Positions 56,033 through 63,710 of a DNA stretch of 64,000 nucleotides are shown here, piece by piece. The stretch is from a virus. The notes under the pieces are model-generated. The model was not told the origin of the DNA. It did no database searches and saw nothing but the letters and a program-made list of their open reading frames with translations. Each line of letters opens with the position of its first letter. Positions within the stretch are counted from its first letter, which is position 1. A program made the position numbers and the translations under genes. Where the stretch lies: IMG/VR virus record IMGVR_UViG_3300046780_000464, positions 12,225 to 76,224 of that record, one strand, 5' to 3'.

Positions 56033-56538
56033 TATTCAAGCTCCACAATTTCTAAATCAGCACCAGCTTCGAATTCTACTATAATGTCTCGATTGAACAA
56101 ACTCATCAATAACCGAATTCTATCGTTTGAATTCATTGAAATAACAGTACCTATTTGATCAAAAAACGGGCTATCTTTAGTTTTTACTCTGACTATCGTA
56201 TCAACCGGTAAGACATTCCCACCAAACTTTGCTTGAATCTCATAAATTGTCTCGATATAAGTGGTGGCCACCCATAAAGGTCTTGGATCTAACTTGTTTC
56301 CTGTTAAAAGCCGAATAACCCCGTATGTATTTCCGGGTATTCCCCACTGCGTCTTATCTTCAAGAAAAACAAATCCGTAACAGGGAAATAACGGAGCGTC
56401 CTTAGGACCTCGTGCTCGGATAGATGGAAGTACGGGTTTGGTGTAGAACGGGCAAAACGCGTCTAGACCCTGTCGAGTCAGGTTCTCGACAGCTTTACGT
56501 TCCTGAGCACCATAAGTTTGAAAGCAAGCCCATGCCAT
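56032..56538 (-). CDS. NusG/RfaH-like transcription antiterminator (NGN plus KOW domains)
   Basis: WACFQTYGAQERKAVENLTRQGLDAFCPF...PLFPCYGFV...NTYGVIRLL; VRVKTKDSPFFDQIGTV...RIRLLMSLFNRDIIVE; probable start ATG 56538. Confidence 0.88.
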   Translation of the reverse strand: MAWACFQTYGAQERKAVENLTRQGLDAFCPFYTKPVLPSIRARGPKDAPLFPCYGFVFLEDKTQWGIPGNTYGVIRLLTGNKLDPRPLWVATTYIETIYEIQAKFGGNVLPVDTIVRVKTKDSPFFDQIGTVISMNSNDRIRLLMSLFNRDIIVEFEAGADLEIVELE

Positions 56539-56573
56539 CTGCTCTCCATTCCTCACTCCCGCAAGCACAGAGA

Positions 56574-56584
56574 GCTACCGCAGC
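56574..56584 (-). promoter_or_regulatory. ops-like element (GCTGCGGTAGC) in the leader of the NusG-like gene
   Basis: Contains GCGGTAGC, the core of the RfaH ops site; lacks the first G and the terminal TG of the E. coli consensus. Confidence 0.35.
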
Positions 56585-56594
56585 CCTATGATTA

Positions 56595-56688
56595 GAGCGT
56601 TGGTAGTTAAACATGTTATTAGTTTCTTGGATGAGCGTTGGTAGTATGCTATTCAAAGCTAACGATTGCAAGCAAAAAATTTGGTAGT
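56595..56688. repeat. Direct repeats around the late promoter
   Basis: gagcgttggtagt at 56595-56607 and 56633-56645; ttggtagt core again at 56681-56688. Confidence 0.85.
56643..56671 (-). promoter_or_regulatory. Putative sigma70-type promoter for the late operon
   Basis: Minus strand TTGCAA-N17-CATACT, about 105 nt upstream of the NusG-like start. Confidence 0.55.
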
Positions 56689-56701
56689 ACACAAACTTTA
56701 C

Positions 56702-56730
56702 AAAAAAAGCCCCGCCTAAACGGGGCTTTT
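56702..56730. terminator. Intrinsic terminator, bidirectional type
   Basis: aaaaaaagccccg-cctaaa-cggggctttt; ends the leftward early transcript before the late promoter. Confidence 0.85.
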
Positions 56731-56751
56731 ATTTGCGCTACGCTGCTAAAT

Positions 56752-57090
56752 CTACTTGACCGAGGCCTTGACGACGAAGACCACTGGCCCGTAAAGCTCG
56801 GGTTCGTAGCGGAATTCGGCGTTCGGTGACTGGCGCAGCAATTCTCGCTTCCAGAGGTTACTCATGTGGTGGTTACGAGGCAGATTGTGCAATCGGCCCT
56901 CCTCGTTGGCGTAGGCGGTGCAGCGCACCCGCTTGCCATCGAGCTCGATGCTGGTTAGGTGCGGCACGGTTTCGATGTACCCACCAACCGCCTTTTGCAG
57001 CACTTTGAGGCTGGGCGTCTTGCCGTGGCAATCCCTGGCCGCGGTGGCCAGGGTATCGTACGGTTTAACGGTGATTGTGATATACGGCAT
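56752..57090 (-). CDS. DUF3846-like protein
   Basis: PSLKVLQKAVGGYIETV...AYANEEGRLHNLPRN...LYGPVVFV. Confidence 0.8.
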   Translation of the reverse strand: MPYITITVKPYDTLATAARDCHGKTPSLKVLQKAVGGYIETVPHLTSIELDGKRVRCTAYANEEGRLHNLPRNHHMSNLWKRELLRQSPNAEFRYEPELYGPVVFVVKASVK

Positions 57091-57103
57091 TTTCCACTCC
57101 TTT

Positions 57104-57361
57104 CTAGATCACACCCTCACGACGCCACTTGAGGATATGGGTGAGCTCGAAACCCTTCGAGCGCATGATGTCGAGCGGCGCCTTGTCCTGAGCGCGCGCA
57201 GCCTGCCACTCTTCCACGGTGAAATTCTTGATCATGAACGTGGTCCACCGGGGCTTGCTAGAGGTCGAGGCATACTTGAAGCGGGCGATAAAAAGGCGTT
57301 CCGGCCCGTAGGTCAAATACCCACCCCAGTAGCTAAATTGATCTCTCACGAACTTGGTCAT
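57104..57361 (-). CDS. Early hypothetical protein
   Basis: Probable start ATG 57361 behind GGAG of the promoter cassette; FIARFKY...W..F..KNFTVEEW. Confidence 0.75.
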   Translation of the reverse strand: MTKFVRDQFSYWGGYLTYGPERLFIARFKYASTSSKPRWTTFMIKNFTVEEWQAARAQDKAPLDIMRSKGFELTHILKWRREGVI

Positions 57362-57374
57362 ATCGGTCTCCATT

Positions 57375-57413
57375 CTGACTCCATACATATAAGCATTTTG
57401 CGGCACATTGCAA
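57375..57413 (-). promoter_or_regulatory. Early promoter cassette copy 1 (leftward)
   Basis: TTGCAA-tgtgccgcaaaatgct-TATATG-tatggagtcagaatGGAG. Confidence 0.8.
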
Positions 57414-57447
57414 GCCCCCGTGTCGGATTTTTTAGATCATTTTGTGC

Positions 57448-57486
57448 TTGCAATTCGTTGCAAAGCGCTTATATATAAGCTGTCAG
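57448..57486 (+). promoter_or_regulatory. Early promoter cassette copy 2
   Basis: TTGCAA-ttcgttgcaaagcgct-TATATA-taagctgtcag. Confidence 0.8.
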
Positions 57487-57499
57487 TAAGGAGATCACG

Positions 57500-57694
57500 A
57501 TGGAAATCACATCAAATCAGATCAAAGCACTTACCGACCTCTGCTCCTTCCTCGTCTGGTTGAGAGACAACAAACCGAGGGACATGTGGGGTGCCGTAAA
57601 GATAGAACGGGCAGTGCAAGCCCTATCCGAAATCTCAGGGCTGACAGTCGACCAGATCGAACGTGTCGCTCGTGCGGGGGTGCATAATGGCTGA
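57500..57694 (+). CDS. Early hypothetical protein
   Basis: 64 aa behind AAGGAG directly after the promoter. Confidence 0.7.
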   Translation: MEITSNQIKALTDLCSFLVWLRDNKPRDMWGAVKIERAVQALSEISGLTVDQIERVARAGVHNG

Positions 57695-57887
57695 TCAAAT
57701 CATCCGAATGAAGGGGGAAAGTCACATCATTGAGATTGTTGACGTTGGTGTAGGCCAACGTGGTGTTACTTCAGTCTATGTCACTATGATTGACAAAGCG
57801 ACTGGAGTAACACAGTCTGTCATAAAAGTTCCCATGGCTGAGTTAATTGAGACGGCTCATCTAATCATCAAACAATATGGAAACTAA
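57687..57887 (+). CDS. Early hypothetical protein
   Basis: Probable start ATG 57687; overlaps the upstream stop. Confidence 0.65.
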   Translation: MADQIIRMKGESHIIEIVDVGVGQRGVTSVYVTMIDKATGVTQSVIKVPMAELIETAHLIIKQYGN

Positions 57888-57889
57888 AG

Positions 57890-58591
57890 ATGGTAAAACT
57901 CTATCACGGCACTAACGGTGCCTGGCTTAACAACATTCTAAAGATAGGAATACACCCAAGGGGTGCAAAAGGAGTCAACAACTGGAAACACACGGTCAAC
58001 AGCAACCCAAAGTGTGTGTATCTAACAAATAGCTATGCACCATACTTTGCATTCAATGCCTCCAAAGGCAAAGAGCCTCTCTGCGCCGTTATTGAAATCG
58101 ACACCGACAAGCTATTCCCACTTAACCTCTACCCCGATGAGGACTTTCTAGAACAGGGAAGCCGAAAGATCGATAACCCGGTACCCGGCTCGATGAAAGA
58201 ACGGACTATACACTACCGGAAGCAGCAATTCACTTTCAACTGGCCTACCAAGAATAAGGACGGTACAAACACCACATGGTGGGAGGCATCTCTACAACAT
58301 CTAGGTACCTGCGCCCATAGGGGCACAATCCCACCATCCGCAATTACTAGAGCGGTGTTGTGGCCGCATCATCCAAACATAAAACTTATGTATGTCTGGG
58401 ATCCCACAATCGTGATCATAAACCAGATGGTCATGGGTCATCAATATCATATCTTGACCCGCAAACTGTTTGATGGTGAGTTTACACCCGTCGAAGAGAT
58501 CAATCGACTGATGCAGGAAAATCCGCAACTTCGCTGGGAAGATCCACTACTCCCAACAATCGAAGGGTGGGAAATCATCAAATGTACCTAA
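57890..58591 (+). CDS. ADP-ribosyltransferase-fold protein (putative)
   Basis: KLYHGT...IL..GI.P...CVYLT...A.YFA...VIEID is the H-Y-type ART / Tpt1-like signature. Confidence 0.6.
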   Translation: MVKLYHGTNGAWLNNILKIGIHPRGAKGVNNWKHTVNSNPKCVYLTNSYAPYFAFNASKGKEPLCAVIEIDTDKLFPLNLYPDEDFLEQGSRKIDNPVPGSMKERTIHYRKQQFTFNWPTKNKDGTNTTWWEASLQHLGTCAHRGTIPPSAITRAVLWPHHPNIKLMYVWDPTIVIINQMVMGHQYHILTRKLFDGEFTPVEEINRLMQENPQLRWEDPLLPTIEGWEIIKCT

Positions 58592-59574
58592 TGGACAACA
58601 TAGTCGAGATGGCTGGTCTTGCCAAGACAAGACCATTCAATCCCATCATTGCCATCTTTGGTGCTATGGAAGATAAACTAAAGGGGGCACCGAGATTTCT
58701 GCTTGATACCAATGCCATTCACACCGCAACTGAACTAACCTTTGGCCGACCCAAAGTCCTGTTGGAGGCAATGGCTCATTGCCACATACCCTATTCAAAA
58801 ATGTGGGTGGAATGGGAAGAAAGCGGGCGGGAGAACCTACGACGCAGGTTCCCAGATGCCGTGATTAACGAACCCGGCAGACCCATACCAGTACGTGTCG
58901 GGTTTTTCCTTGAATGTGAAAAAGGTGGTCGAAAGGGACAAGTGACCTGGGCATGGGAAAGCCCAATAATGGACGGGTTACAAATCTCAAAGGATCTAAA
59001 CCCGGCCAACATTGCCCCAATTTCAGCTTACTTTAACCTAGACCAACGAATCAAACAACCGATCGAAAACACGTTAGGATTGTCAATAGCTAACCTAGCC
59101 AGGCTATGGACGGACAACCCAATCCAAAAGGAAGCTCTATTCCAGATTTGGGAAACAGCGGAGCATTCACCTAATAGATGGGGTGAGATGTTTCTCAATA
59201 TGAATCCACATCAAAGAGAAGCAGCCTACGCCGATGTTTATGGTGAATACATTACGGTCTGGGCGATCATGATGCTACTAACTGCCAGTCGACCCATCGT
59301 TCACTATACACCAGTAGATCAATCCAAGCTGAACAAAGCCCGCGTTAAGCGGCATGAAGTCCCCAGACTAGACCATACCCGGGTAACCATTCATCTTAAC
59401 GCTGCCGAGCGCGCGCAGCAAATCCGTACACCATTAGGGTTCACCCGCAAGTCACCGCGAATCCATATGGTCAGTCGGTACTTAGCTAGGCGAGGAAACA
59501 AGCACTGGATTGTCGAGCCGTATATGCGCGGCCAAGGCGAAACAATTAGCAGGCACATCAAGGTTCAAAAATAA
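58591..59574 (+). CDS. Early hypothetical protein with a basic C-terminal SPRxH motif
   Basis: TAATG coupling; ends RKSPRIHMVSRYLARRGNKHWIVEPYMRG. Confidence 0.75.
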   Translation: MDNIVEMAGLAKTRPFNPIIAIFGAMEDKLKGAPRFLLDTNAIHTATELTFGRPKVLLEAMAHCHIPYSKMWVEWEESGRENLRRRFPDAVINEPGRPIPVRVGFFLECEKGGRKGQVTWAWESPIMDGLQISKDLNPANIAPISAYFNLDQRIKQPIENTLGLSIANLARLWTDNPIQKEALFQIWETAEHSPNRWGEMFLNMNPHQREAAYADVYGEYITVWAIMMLLTASRPIVHYTPVDQSKLNKARVKRHEVPRLDHTRVTIHLNAAERAQQIRTPLGFTRKSPRIHMVSRYLARRGNKHWIVEPYMRGQGETISRHIKVQK

Positions 59575-59597
59575 TTTATCCGAAGGCATTTCAGCTA

Positions 59598-59633
59598 TTG
59601 CAATTCCCTGCAAAGCGCTTATATATGGGTCTA
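59598..59633 (+). promoter_or_regulatory. Early promoter cassette copy 3
   Basis: TTGCAA-ttccctgcaaagcgct-TATATA. Confidence 0.75.
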
Positions 59634-59647
59634 CAAATAGGAAACAA

Positions 59648-59881
59648 ATGCAAACACCTGAAGAACAACTTGCTACCCTGCGCCTAAGCTTGCGCAGGGT
59701 GGCCGAATGCGCCAATCAGCTAGGTGCCGAGATCAGCATTCCCGACTTGAACATCCCGCCGAAGGTGGAGCGTGGCTGGAATCGCCTATGTGCTGACCTC
59801 ATGGCTTGGATGGAAGAGGACGACTGGCTGATCGATGAGAACGTACGTAAGCCTAGTGGTCGTATTGGTGATCCACAATGA
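59648..59881 (+). CDS. Early hypothetical protein
   Basis: Probable start ATG 59648 behind AGGA after the promoter. Confidence 0.65.
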   Translation: MQTPEEQLATLRLSLRRVAECANQLGAEISIPDLNIPPKVERGWNRLCADLMAWMEEDDWLIDENVRKPSGRIGDPQ

Positions 59882-60090
59882 CCAGAGAACGAATCCACTT
59901 TAGGCTGATCCAGACACCGTGCTGCGGCCAGCTACTCTGTTGGGTCAACCCACGTTTGCCGACATACTGCCCGGAATGTGGCACCAATATTTTCCGCTCC
60001 CTAAAGTTTGATGGGACTCCAATCCTCATCTCTGATCAGAATGGATGGCTAGAAATTTCCGGTGAGGCAAAATTAAAGCTTGCATTGTAG
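59878..60090 (+). CDS. Zinc-ribbon protein
   Basis: TPCCGQLLC...YCPECG; ATGA coupling. Confidence 0.65.
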   Translation: MTRERIHFRLIQTPCCGQLLCWVNPRLPTYCPECGTNIFRSLKFDGTPILISDQNGWLEISGEAKLKLAL

Positions 60091-60118
60091 CGCAAAGCGC
60101 TTATATATAAGCTGTCAG
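60080..60118 (+). promoter_or_regulatory. Early promoter cassette copy 4
   Basis: TTGCAT-tgtagcgcaaagcgct-TATATA-taagctgtcagaacGGAG. Confidence 0.8.
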
Positions 60119-60131
60119 AACGGAGACGAAA

Positions 60132-60461
60132 ATGACCACGTACAGACTCGCCCAAATTAGCGCCTCCTGCTGGAACATCACGGAGGGCCGTAAAAAGGTC
60201 GGTTTCGTAAACAACTGTCCCAAGGGCTTTGTAGCCCGAATCGGGCAGCACTGCGAGATCGGTGCCACCGCCAAGGAGGCGTTCGATATGGTCGCCTGCA
60301 AGGCACTGGGCTTTACGTCACCGGGTGCACTGGTCCAACACAACTCGGCGGTGCGCGCGCGGAACGCCGAAGCACGTTCGGTTGCCCACCATGCAGTCGA
60401 GCAGGCGTTGTACCACAAGAATTTCGATGCCATCTTTGATCTGATCACGGGAATCAAATGA
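60132..60461 (+). CDS. Early hypothetical protein
   Basis: 109 aa; cassette RBS; GC3-rich. Confidence 0.75.
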   Translation: MTTYRLAQISASCWNITEGRKKVGFVNNCPKGFVARIGQHCEIGATAKEAFDMVACKALGFTSPGALVQHNSAVRARNAEARSVAHHAVEQALYHKNFDAIFDLITGIK

Positions 60462-60697
60462 TGACCGAACCTACATTCCACCTCTGGTGGCGGGAGTTCA
60501 ATAAGGCTCTCAAATTCCTAGGTACACACGAAGCAGATCAAGGCGATGCTCGATACTGGTACGATGCGCAACTATCGCCCGAGACCGCAGCTCGACTCCT
60601 CACGAAGGAACGAGCTATGGAAGTGGTTAAACAGATGAAACGTGGGGACTATACAGGATTTGTAAAGTTTATCACGGAGTTACACAGAGTTGGCTAG
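60458..60697 (+). CDS. Early hypothetical protein
   Basis: 79 aa; ATGA coupling. Confidence 0.7.
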   Translation: MMTEPTFHLWWREFNKALKFLGTHEADQGDARYWYDAQLSPETAARLLTKERAMEVVKQMKRGDYTGFVKFITELHRVG

Positions 60698-60782
60698 GTC
60701 CCAGCCAAATCTCCTTCTGACGACCTGCTCCGGGCAGGGTGGGACCACCCGGTAACCGCAACCTCTTGGAGGTGCGGGGGAG

Positions 60783-60813
60783 ACGGCGGCCTATAGGGTC
60801 GCCGTTTCCTTTG
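60783..60813 (+). terminator. Probable intrinsic terminator
   Basis: acggcggcc-tatag-ggtcgccgt then ttcctttg, immediately before promoter copy 5. Confidence 0.6.
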
Positions 60814-60822
60814 ACTTTGTGC

Positions 60823-60863
60823 TTGCAAATCGCCGCAAAAGCGCTTATATGTATAGCTGTCAG
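60823..60863 (+). promoter_or_regulatory. Early promoter cassette copy 5
   Basis: TTGCAA-atcgccgcaaaagcgct-TATATG-tatagctgtcagaacGGAG. Confidence 0.8.
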
Positions 60864-60877
60864 AACGGAGAGCCAAA

Positions 60878-61126
60878 ATGACCACACTTATTCTGAACCC
60901 GAAAACCGAAGCCGAGGCCCTGGAACGGATGAAGACGTTGCCTTGGGCTTACCATTCCGAGGAGGAGGGGATGGCGTTGATCACGCAGTGGCAACAGGGG
61001 CAGCGGCAAGCTGTCCTTGAGGAACTGCGGGCCGAAATCGCCACGCATATCCAATGCAGCAACTACGCCAAGGCGGGCTACATCAAAAAGGTAGCTGATG
61101 TACTGCGGAAGGCGACGTCATGCTAA
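60878..61126 (+). CDS. Early hypothetical protein
   Basis: 82 aa; cassette RBS. Confidence 0.7.
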   Translation: MTTLILNPKTEAEALERMKTLPWAYHSEEEGMALITQWQQGQRQAVLEELRAEIATHIQCSNYAKAGYIKKVADVLRKATSC

Positions 61127-61242
61127 TCATCGCCGGCGGCATTCTACTGGCCTTTTTCATAATGGCCGTGCTGCGCAATCTGGGTAGAATCCTATTCGTG
61201 TTAGCGATCCTCGCCCTTATCGGATACCTAGTGGGACCATGA
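61120..61242 (+). CDS. 40-aa membrane peptide (absent from the ORF track)
   Basis: Hand translation MLIIAGGILLAFFIMAVLRNLGRILFVLAILALIGYLVGP; overlaps both neighbours. Confidence 0.65.
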   Translation: MLIIAGGILLAFFIMAVLRNLGRILFVLAILALIGYLVGP

Positions 61243-61679
61243 TGCCACTTATCAAGATCGGATTTACCGGCACCCAACGAGGCATGTCGCTGTCGCAGCA
61301 TGATGCCCTCCGTGGCTTTCTCCTAGGCGCAACTCTGGGTTATGAGAATGCGGAGTTTCATCACGGTGACTGCATCGGGGCTGATGCCCAGGCACATGAC
61401 ATTGCGTACAGCCTTAGACTCTCACTAGTCATCCATCCACCTGAGGATGACAAGAAGAGAGCCTGGAAAGGGTCGACAGCTAGTGCTATCCGAATCTTCC
61501 CTGTTCTAGATTACCGTGATCGAAACCGGATGATAGTGTCCGAGACAGACTTACTAGTGGCAGCACCCAAAATGTTCAAAGAAGAACAACGTTCCGGTAC
61601 CTGGATGACTATCCGGATGGCCCGAATTGCTAAGAAACCAGTGTTTATCATCTGGCCTGATGGAACATTCGCATCATGA
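61239..61679 (+). CDS. SLOG-superfamily protein (YspA/DprA-like nucleotide-binding fold)
   Basis: IGFTGTQRG...HHGDCIGADAQAH..A...RDRNRMIV...DLLVAAP...RSGTWMTIRMARIAKKPV. Confidence 0.75.
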   Translation: MMPLIKIGFTGTQRGMSLSQHDALRGFLLGATLGYENAEFHHGDCIGADAQAHDIAYSLRLSLVIHPPEDDKKRAWKGSTASAIRIFPVLDYRDRNRMIVSETDLLVAAPKMFKEEQRSGTWMTIRMARIAKKPVFIIWPDGTFAS

Positions 61680-61969
61680 AAGGAGTGCTTGTGACAAAGA
61701 AAACTTACATCGTATCTTGGGAGGTCGAGTTGACAGCAGCAGGACCTATCTCCGCTGCACTAGCCGCACAAGAGATTCAACGTGATCCGAAGAATAGCGC
61801 CACTGTGTTCGAGGTATCATCAGAAGACGGAGTGACAAAAGTCGATACCAGTACACTGCCCAAAGGCCGGTTTCGTGACAGCGCCTGCTGGAAGTGCAAG
61901 GACGGGGCAAACCCGTGCGTTGAAAAAGACCCTACCCGATGCTCTTACCCACATCCAAGGAATGATTGA
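61676..61969 (+). CDS. Early hypothetical protein with a C-terminal Cys cluster
   Basis: CWKCKDGANPC....TRCSYPHPRND; ATGA coupling. Confidence 0.6.
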   Translation: MKGVLVTKKTYIVSWEVELTAAGPISAALAAQEIQRDPKNSATVFEVSSEDGVTKVDTSTLPKGRFRDSACWKCKDGANPCVEKDPTRCSYPHPRND

Positions 61970-62003
61970 TCATGCAAAACCCGCTCTAAAACGCAGGAAA
62001 AAG

Positions 62004-62030
62004 TGCCCCGAAAGTCCGGGGCATTTTTTT
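62004..62030 (+). terminator. Intrinsic terminator
   Basis: tgccccg-aaagtc-cggggca then ttttttt. Confidence 0.85.
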
Positions 62031-62061
62031 GTCTTTTTGATACCTTTTTTCGCTCAGGGTA

Positions 62062-62100
62062 TTGCAATGAGCTGCAAAGCGCTTATATGTATAGAGTCAG
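62062..62100 (+). promoter_or_regulatory. Early promoter cassette copy 6
   Basis: TTGCAA-tgagctgcaaagcgct-TATATG-tatagagtcagaatGGAG. Confidence 0.8.
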
Positions 62101-62113
62101 AATGGAGACCGAA

Positions 62114-62341
62114 ATGTCAAATCTCAGCTCAACCGTCAAAAACCTGCAGTCCCTCCCGGCCAGCGACCAGTGGGTTTCCCGCTTCGCGCTAACCAGCACC
62201 AGCGGCCGGACCTACACGATCGCGCAGCGTCGTGGCTCGGACAACTGGCAGTGCTCTTGCCCGGGTCACATCTACCAGAAGGGCCCCGCGCATCAGAAGA
62301 AGCCCTGCAAGCACCTCCGCGCTATGGGCGTCGCAGCCTAA
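62114..62341 (+). CDS. SWIM zinc-finger protein
   Basis: Probable start ATG 62114; YTIAQ...WQCSCPG...PCKHLRA. Confidence 0.8.
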   Translation: MSNLSSTVKNLQSLPASDQWVSRFALTSTSGRTYTIAQRRGSDNWQCSCPGHIYQKGPAHQKKPCKHLRAMGVAA

Positions 62342-62353
62342 CCCCTCAAACAC

Positions 62354-62380
62354 AAGCCCCGCCTTCGGGCGGGGCTTTTT
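62354..62380 (+). terminator. Intrinsic terminator
   Basis: aagccccgcc-ttcg-ggcggggctt then ttt. Confidence 0.9.
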
Positions 62381-62397
62381 CTCGATCGGAGACTGTC

Positions 62398-62706
62398 GTG
62401 TCCACCGTTATCTATGCTTTCGCAGCCAACGATAACTACCCTAGATACGTGCCGCCGCTCAGTGTCACCTTCTATTCGGGCGACCGTAATCACGCATATC
62501 TCTATCAGACCTGTGGTGGGGAGACCGCTACGCTTTGCGGAATGCACTACCCTAACAACCAGCCTGGCTATCGACGCACTCCACGTGAAGTCAATTGCTT
62601 CAACTGCCTTGAAGCTGCTGACTCACGGAAGGATGCCCGCTCACATCTTGGTGAGGATTATCATGATCACCTTTGTGAGCTCAACTATCCGTTAGCGGCT
62701 GACTAA
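62398..62706 (+). CDS. Hypothetical protein with Cys motifs
   Basis: GTG start behind GGAG; AANDN motif near the N-terminus; TLCG...NCFNC. Confidence 0.55.
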   Translation: MSTVIYAFAANDNYPRYVPPLSVTFYSGDRNHAYLYQTCGGETATLCGMHYPNNQPGYRRTPREVNCFNCLEAADSRKDARSHLGEDYHDHLCELNYPLAAD

Positions 62707-62893
62707 ACCAGGATAATTCAATGAGAAGATTGCTGAAGTTCATAAGAGACGTCTGGAATGACATCGAAAATGATGAGATCTATCCAGAAATAGGAAATGA
62801 CGAGTACGATCCATGACCAAACTCATAATCTGCCTCATCCCGTTAAGCCCATTCGCGTGGGTACTCCTGCATCAAATCTTTTGAAAACAGGGC

Positions 62894-62932
62894 TTGCAAT
62901 TCCCCGCAAAATGCTTATATTTACAGAGTCAG
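62894..62932 (+). promoter_or_regulatory. Early promoter cassette copy 7
   Basis: TTGCAA-ttccccgcaaaatgct-TATATT-tacagagtcagaaatGGAG. Confidence 0.8.
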
Positions 62933-62946
62933 AAATGGAGACGAAA

Positions 62947-63687
62947 ATGTTTGCAAATGCCAAAAAAGTAGCCGTTTTGCCGGTGGCCGTTAAGGGCAAG
63001 GCGCCGCCAAAGTCCACGACCACGATCGAGGGTCTGGCCGAGGTGGCAGCTCTTGACGCCTGTATGAAGGCGATCAAGGGCCTGCTCGATCTCAAGAAGG
63101 AGGCGCTGAAGTCGAGCGCGATCGAGCAGCTCATCGAGACCGGAATCGAGCGTCACAGCAAGCCGGACCACCTCTCCCTGGTTGAGGGCGAGGCCACTGG
63201 CCGTGTTGCCATCACCAAGCGCAGCACCGCAAGCCCGCTCAGCACCGACGAGGTCGAGCTTCTCGCCGAAATGGTCGGTGATGTGGTTCACGACACCGAT
63301 GGTAACATCACGGCGGTCCCGGGCTTTGCGGAGATTCTGGAATCGATCCCGGCCAGCTTGCAGATCAATCCGATCTACGCCAGCAACGAGGATCTGCTCA
63401 AGAAGATCGACAAAGCTTTGAGCGGAGTCAAAGGGATCCCGGAGGATTTCGTGATCTCGGTCCCTGCCAGCAGCAAAATGGTGGTCAGTGACAGCGCGAC
63501 CGATGCGGTGTTCCGCCTCCCGGTCGAGCAGGTCGAAACAGTGTTCGGTCTCATCGCCCGAGTCAGCCTCACCCCCGCGTTCAAGGACATCGGGAAGGCT
63601 TGGGAAATCGTCAAGCCGCTGCTGACCCCAGGTGACGCCAAGGCACAGGTCAAGAAGATGCTCACCGGTTCCCTCAAGGCCATCTAG
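62947..63687 (+). CDS. Early hypothetical protein (246 aa)
   Basis: Probable start ATG 62947; strongly GC3-rich codons suggest high expression. Confidence 0.75.
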   Translation: MFANAKKVAVLPVAVKGKAPPKSTTTIEGLAEVAALDACMKAIKGLLDLKKEALKSSAIEQLIETGIERHSKPDHLSLVEGEATGRVAITKRSTASPLSTDEVELLAEMVGDVVHDTDGNITAVPGFAEILESIPASLQINPIYASNEDLLKKIDKALSGVKGIPEDFVISVPASSKMVVSDSATDAVFRLPVEQVETVFGLIARVSLTPAFKDIGKAWEIVKPLLTPGDAKAQVKKMLTGSLKAI

Positions 63688-63710
63688 TCAAAGTTAGAAA
63701 GGAAACTACG

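Noticed and set aside
62719-62884. Two tiny ORFs (about 31 and 23 aa) before promoter copy 7
   Set aside because: They may be real but are too short and featureless to support
57362-62946. Upstream start codons in the track for ORFs 57104..57406, 59510..59881, 62003..62341, 62170..62706 and 62797..63687
   Set aside because: The extensions run through promoter cassettes or terminators; downstream starts with an RBS are preferred
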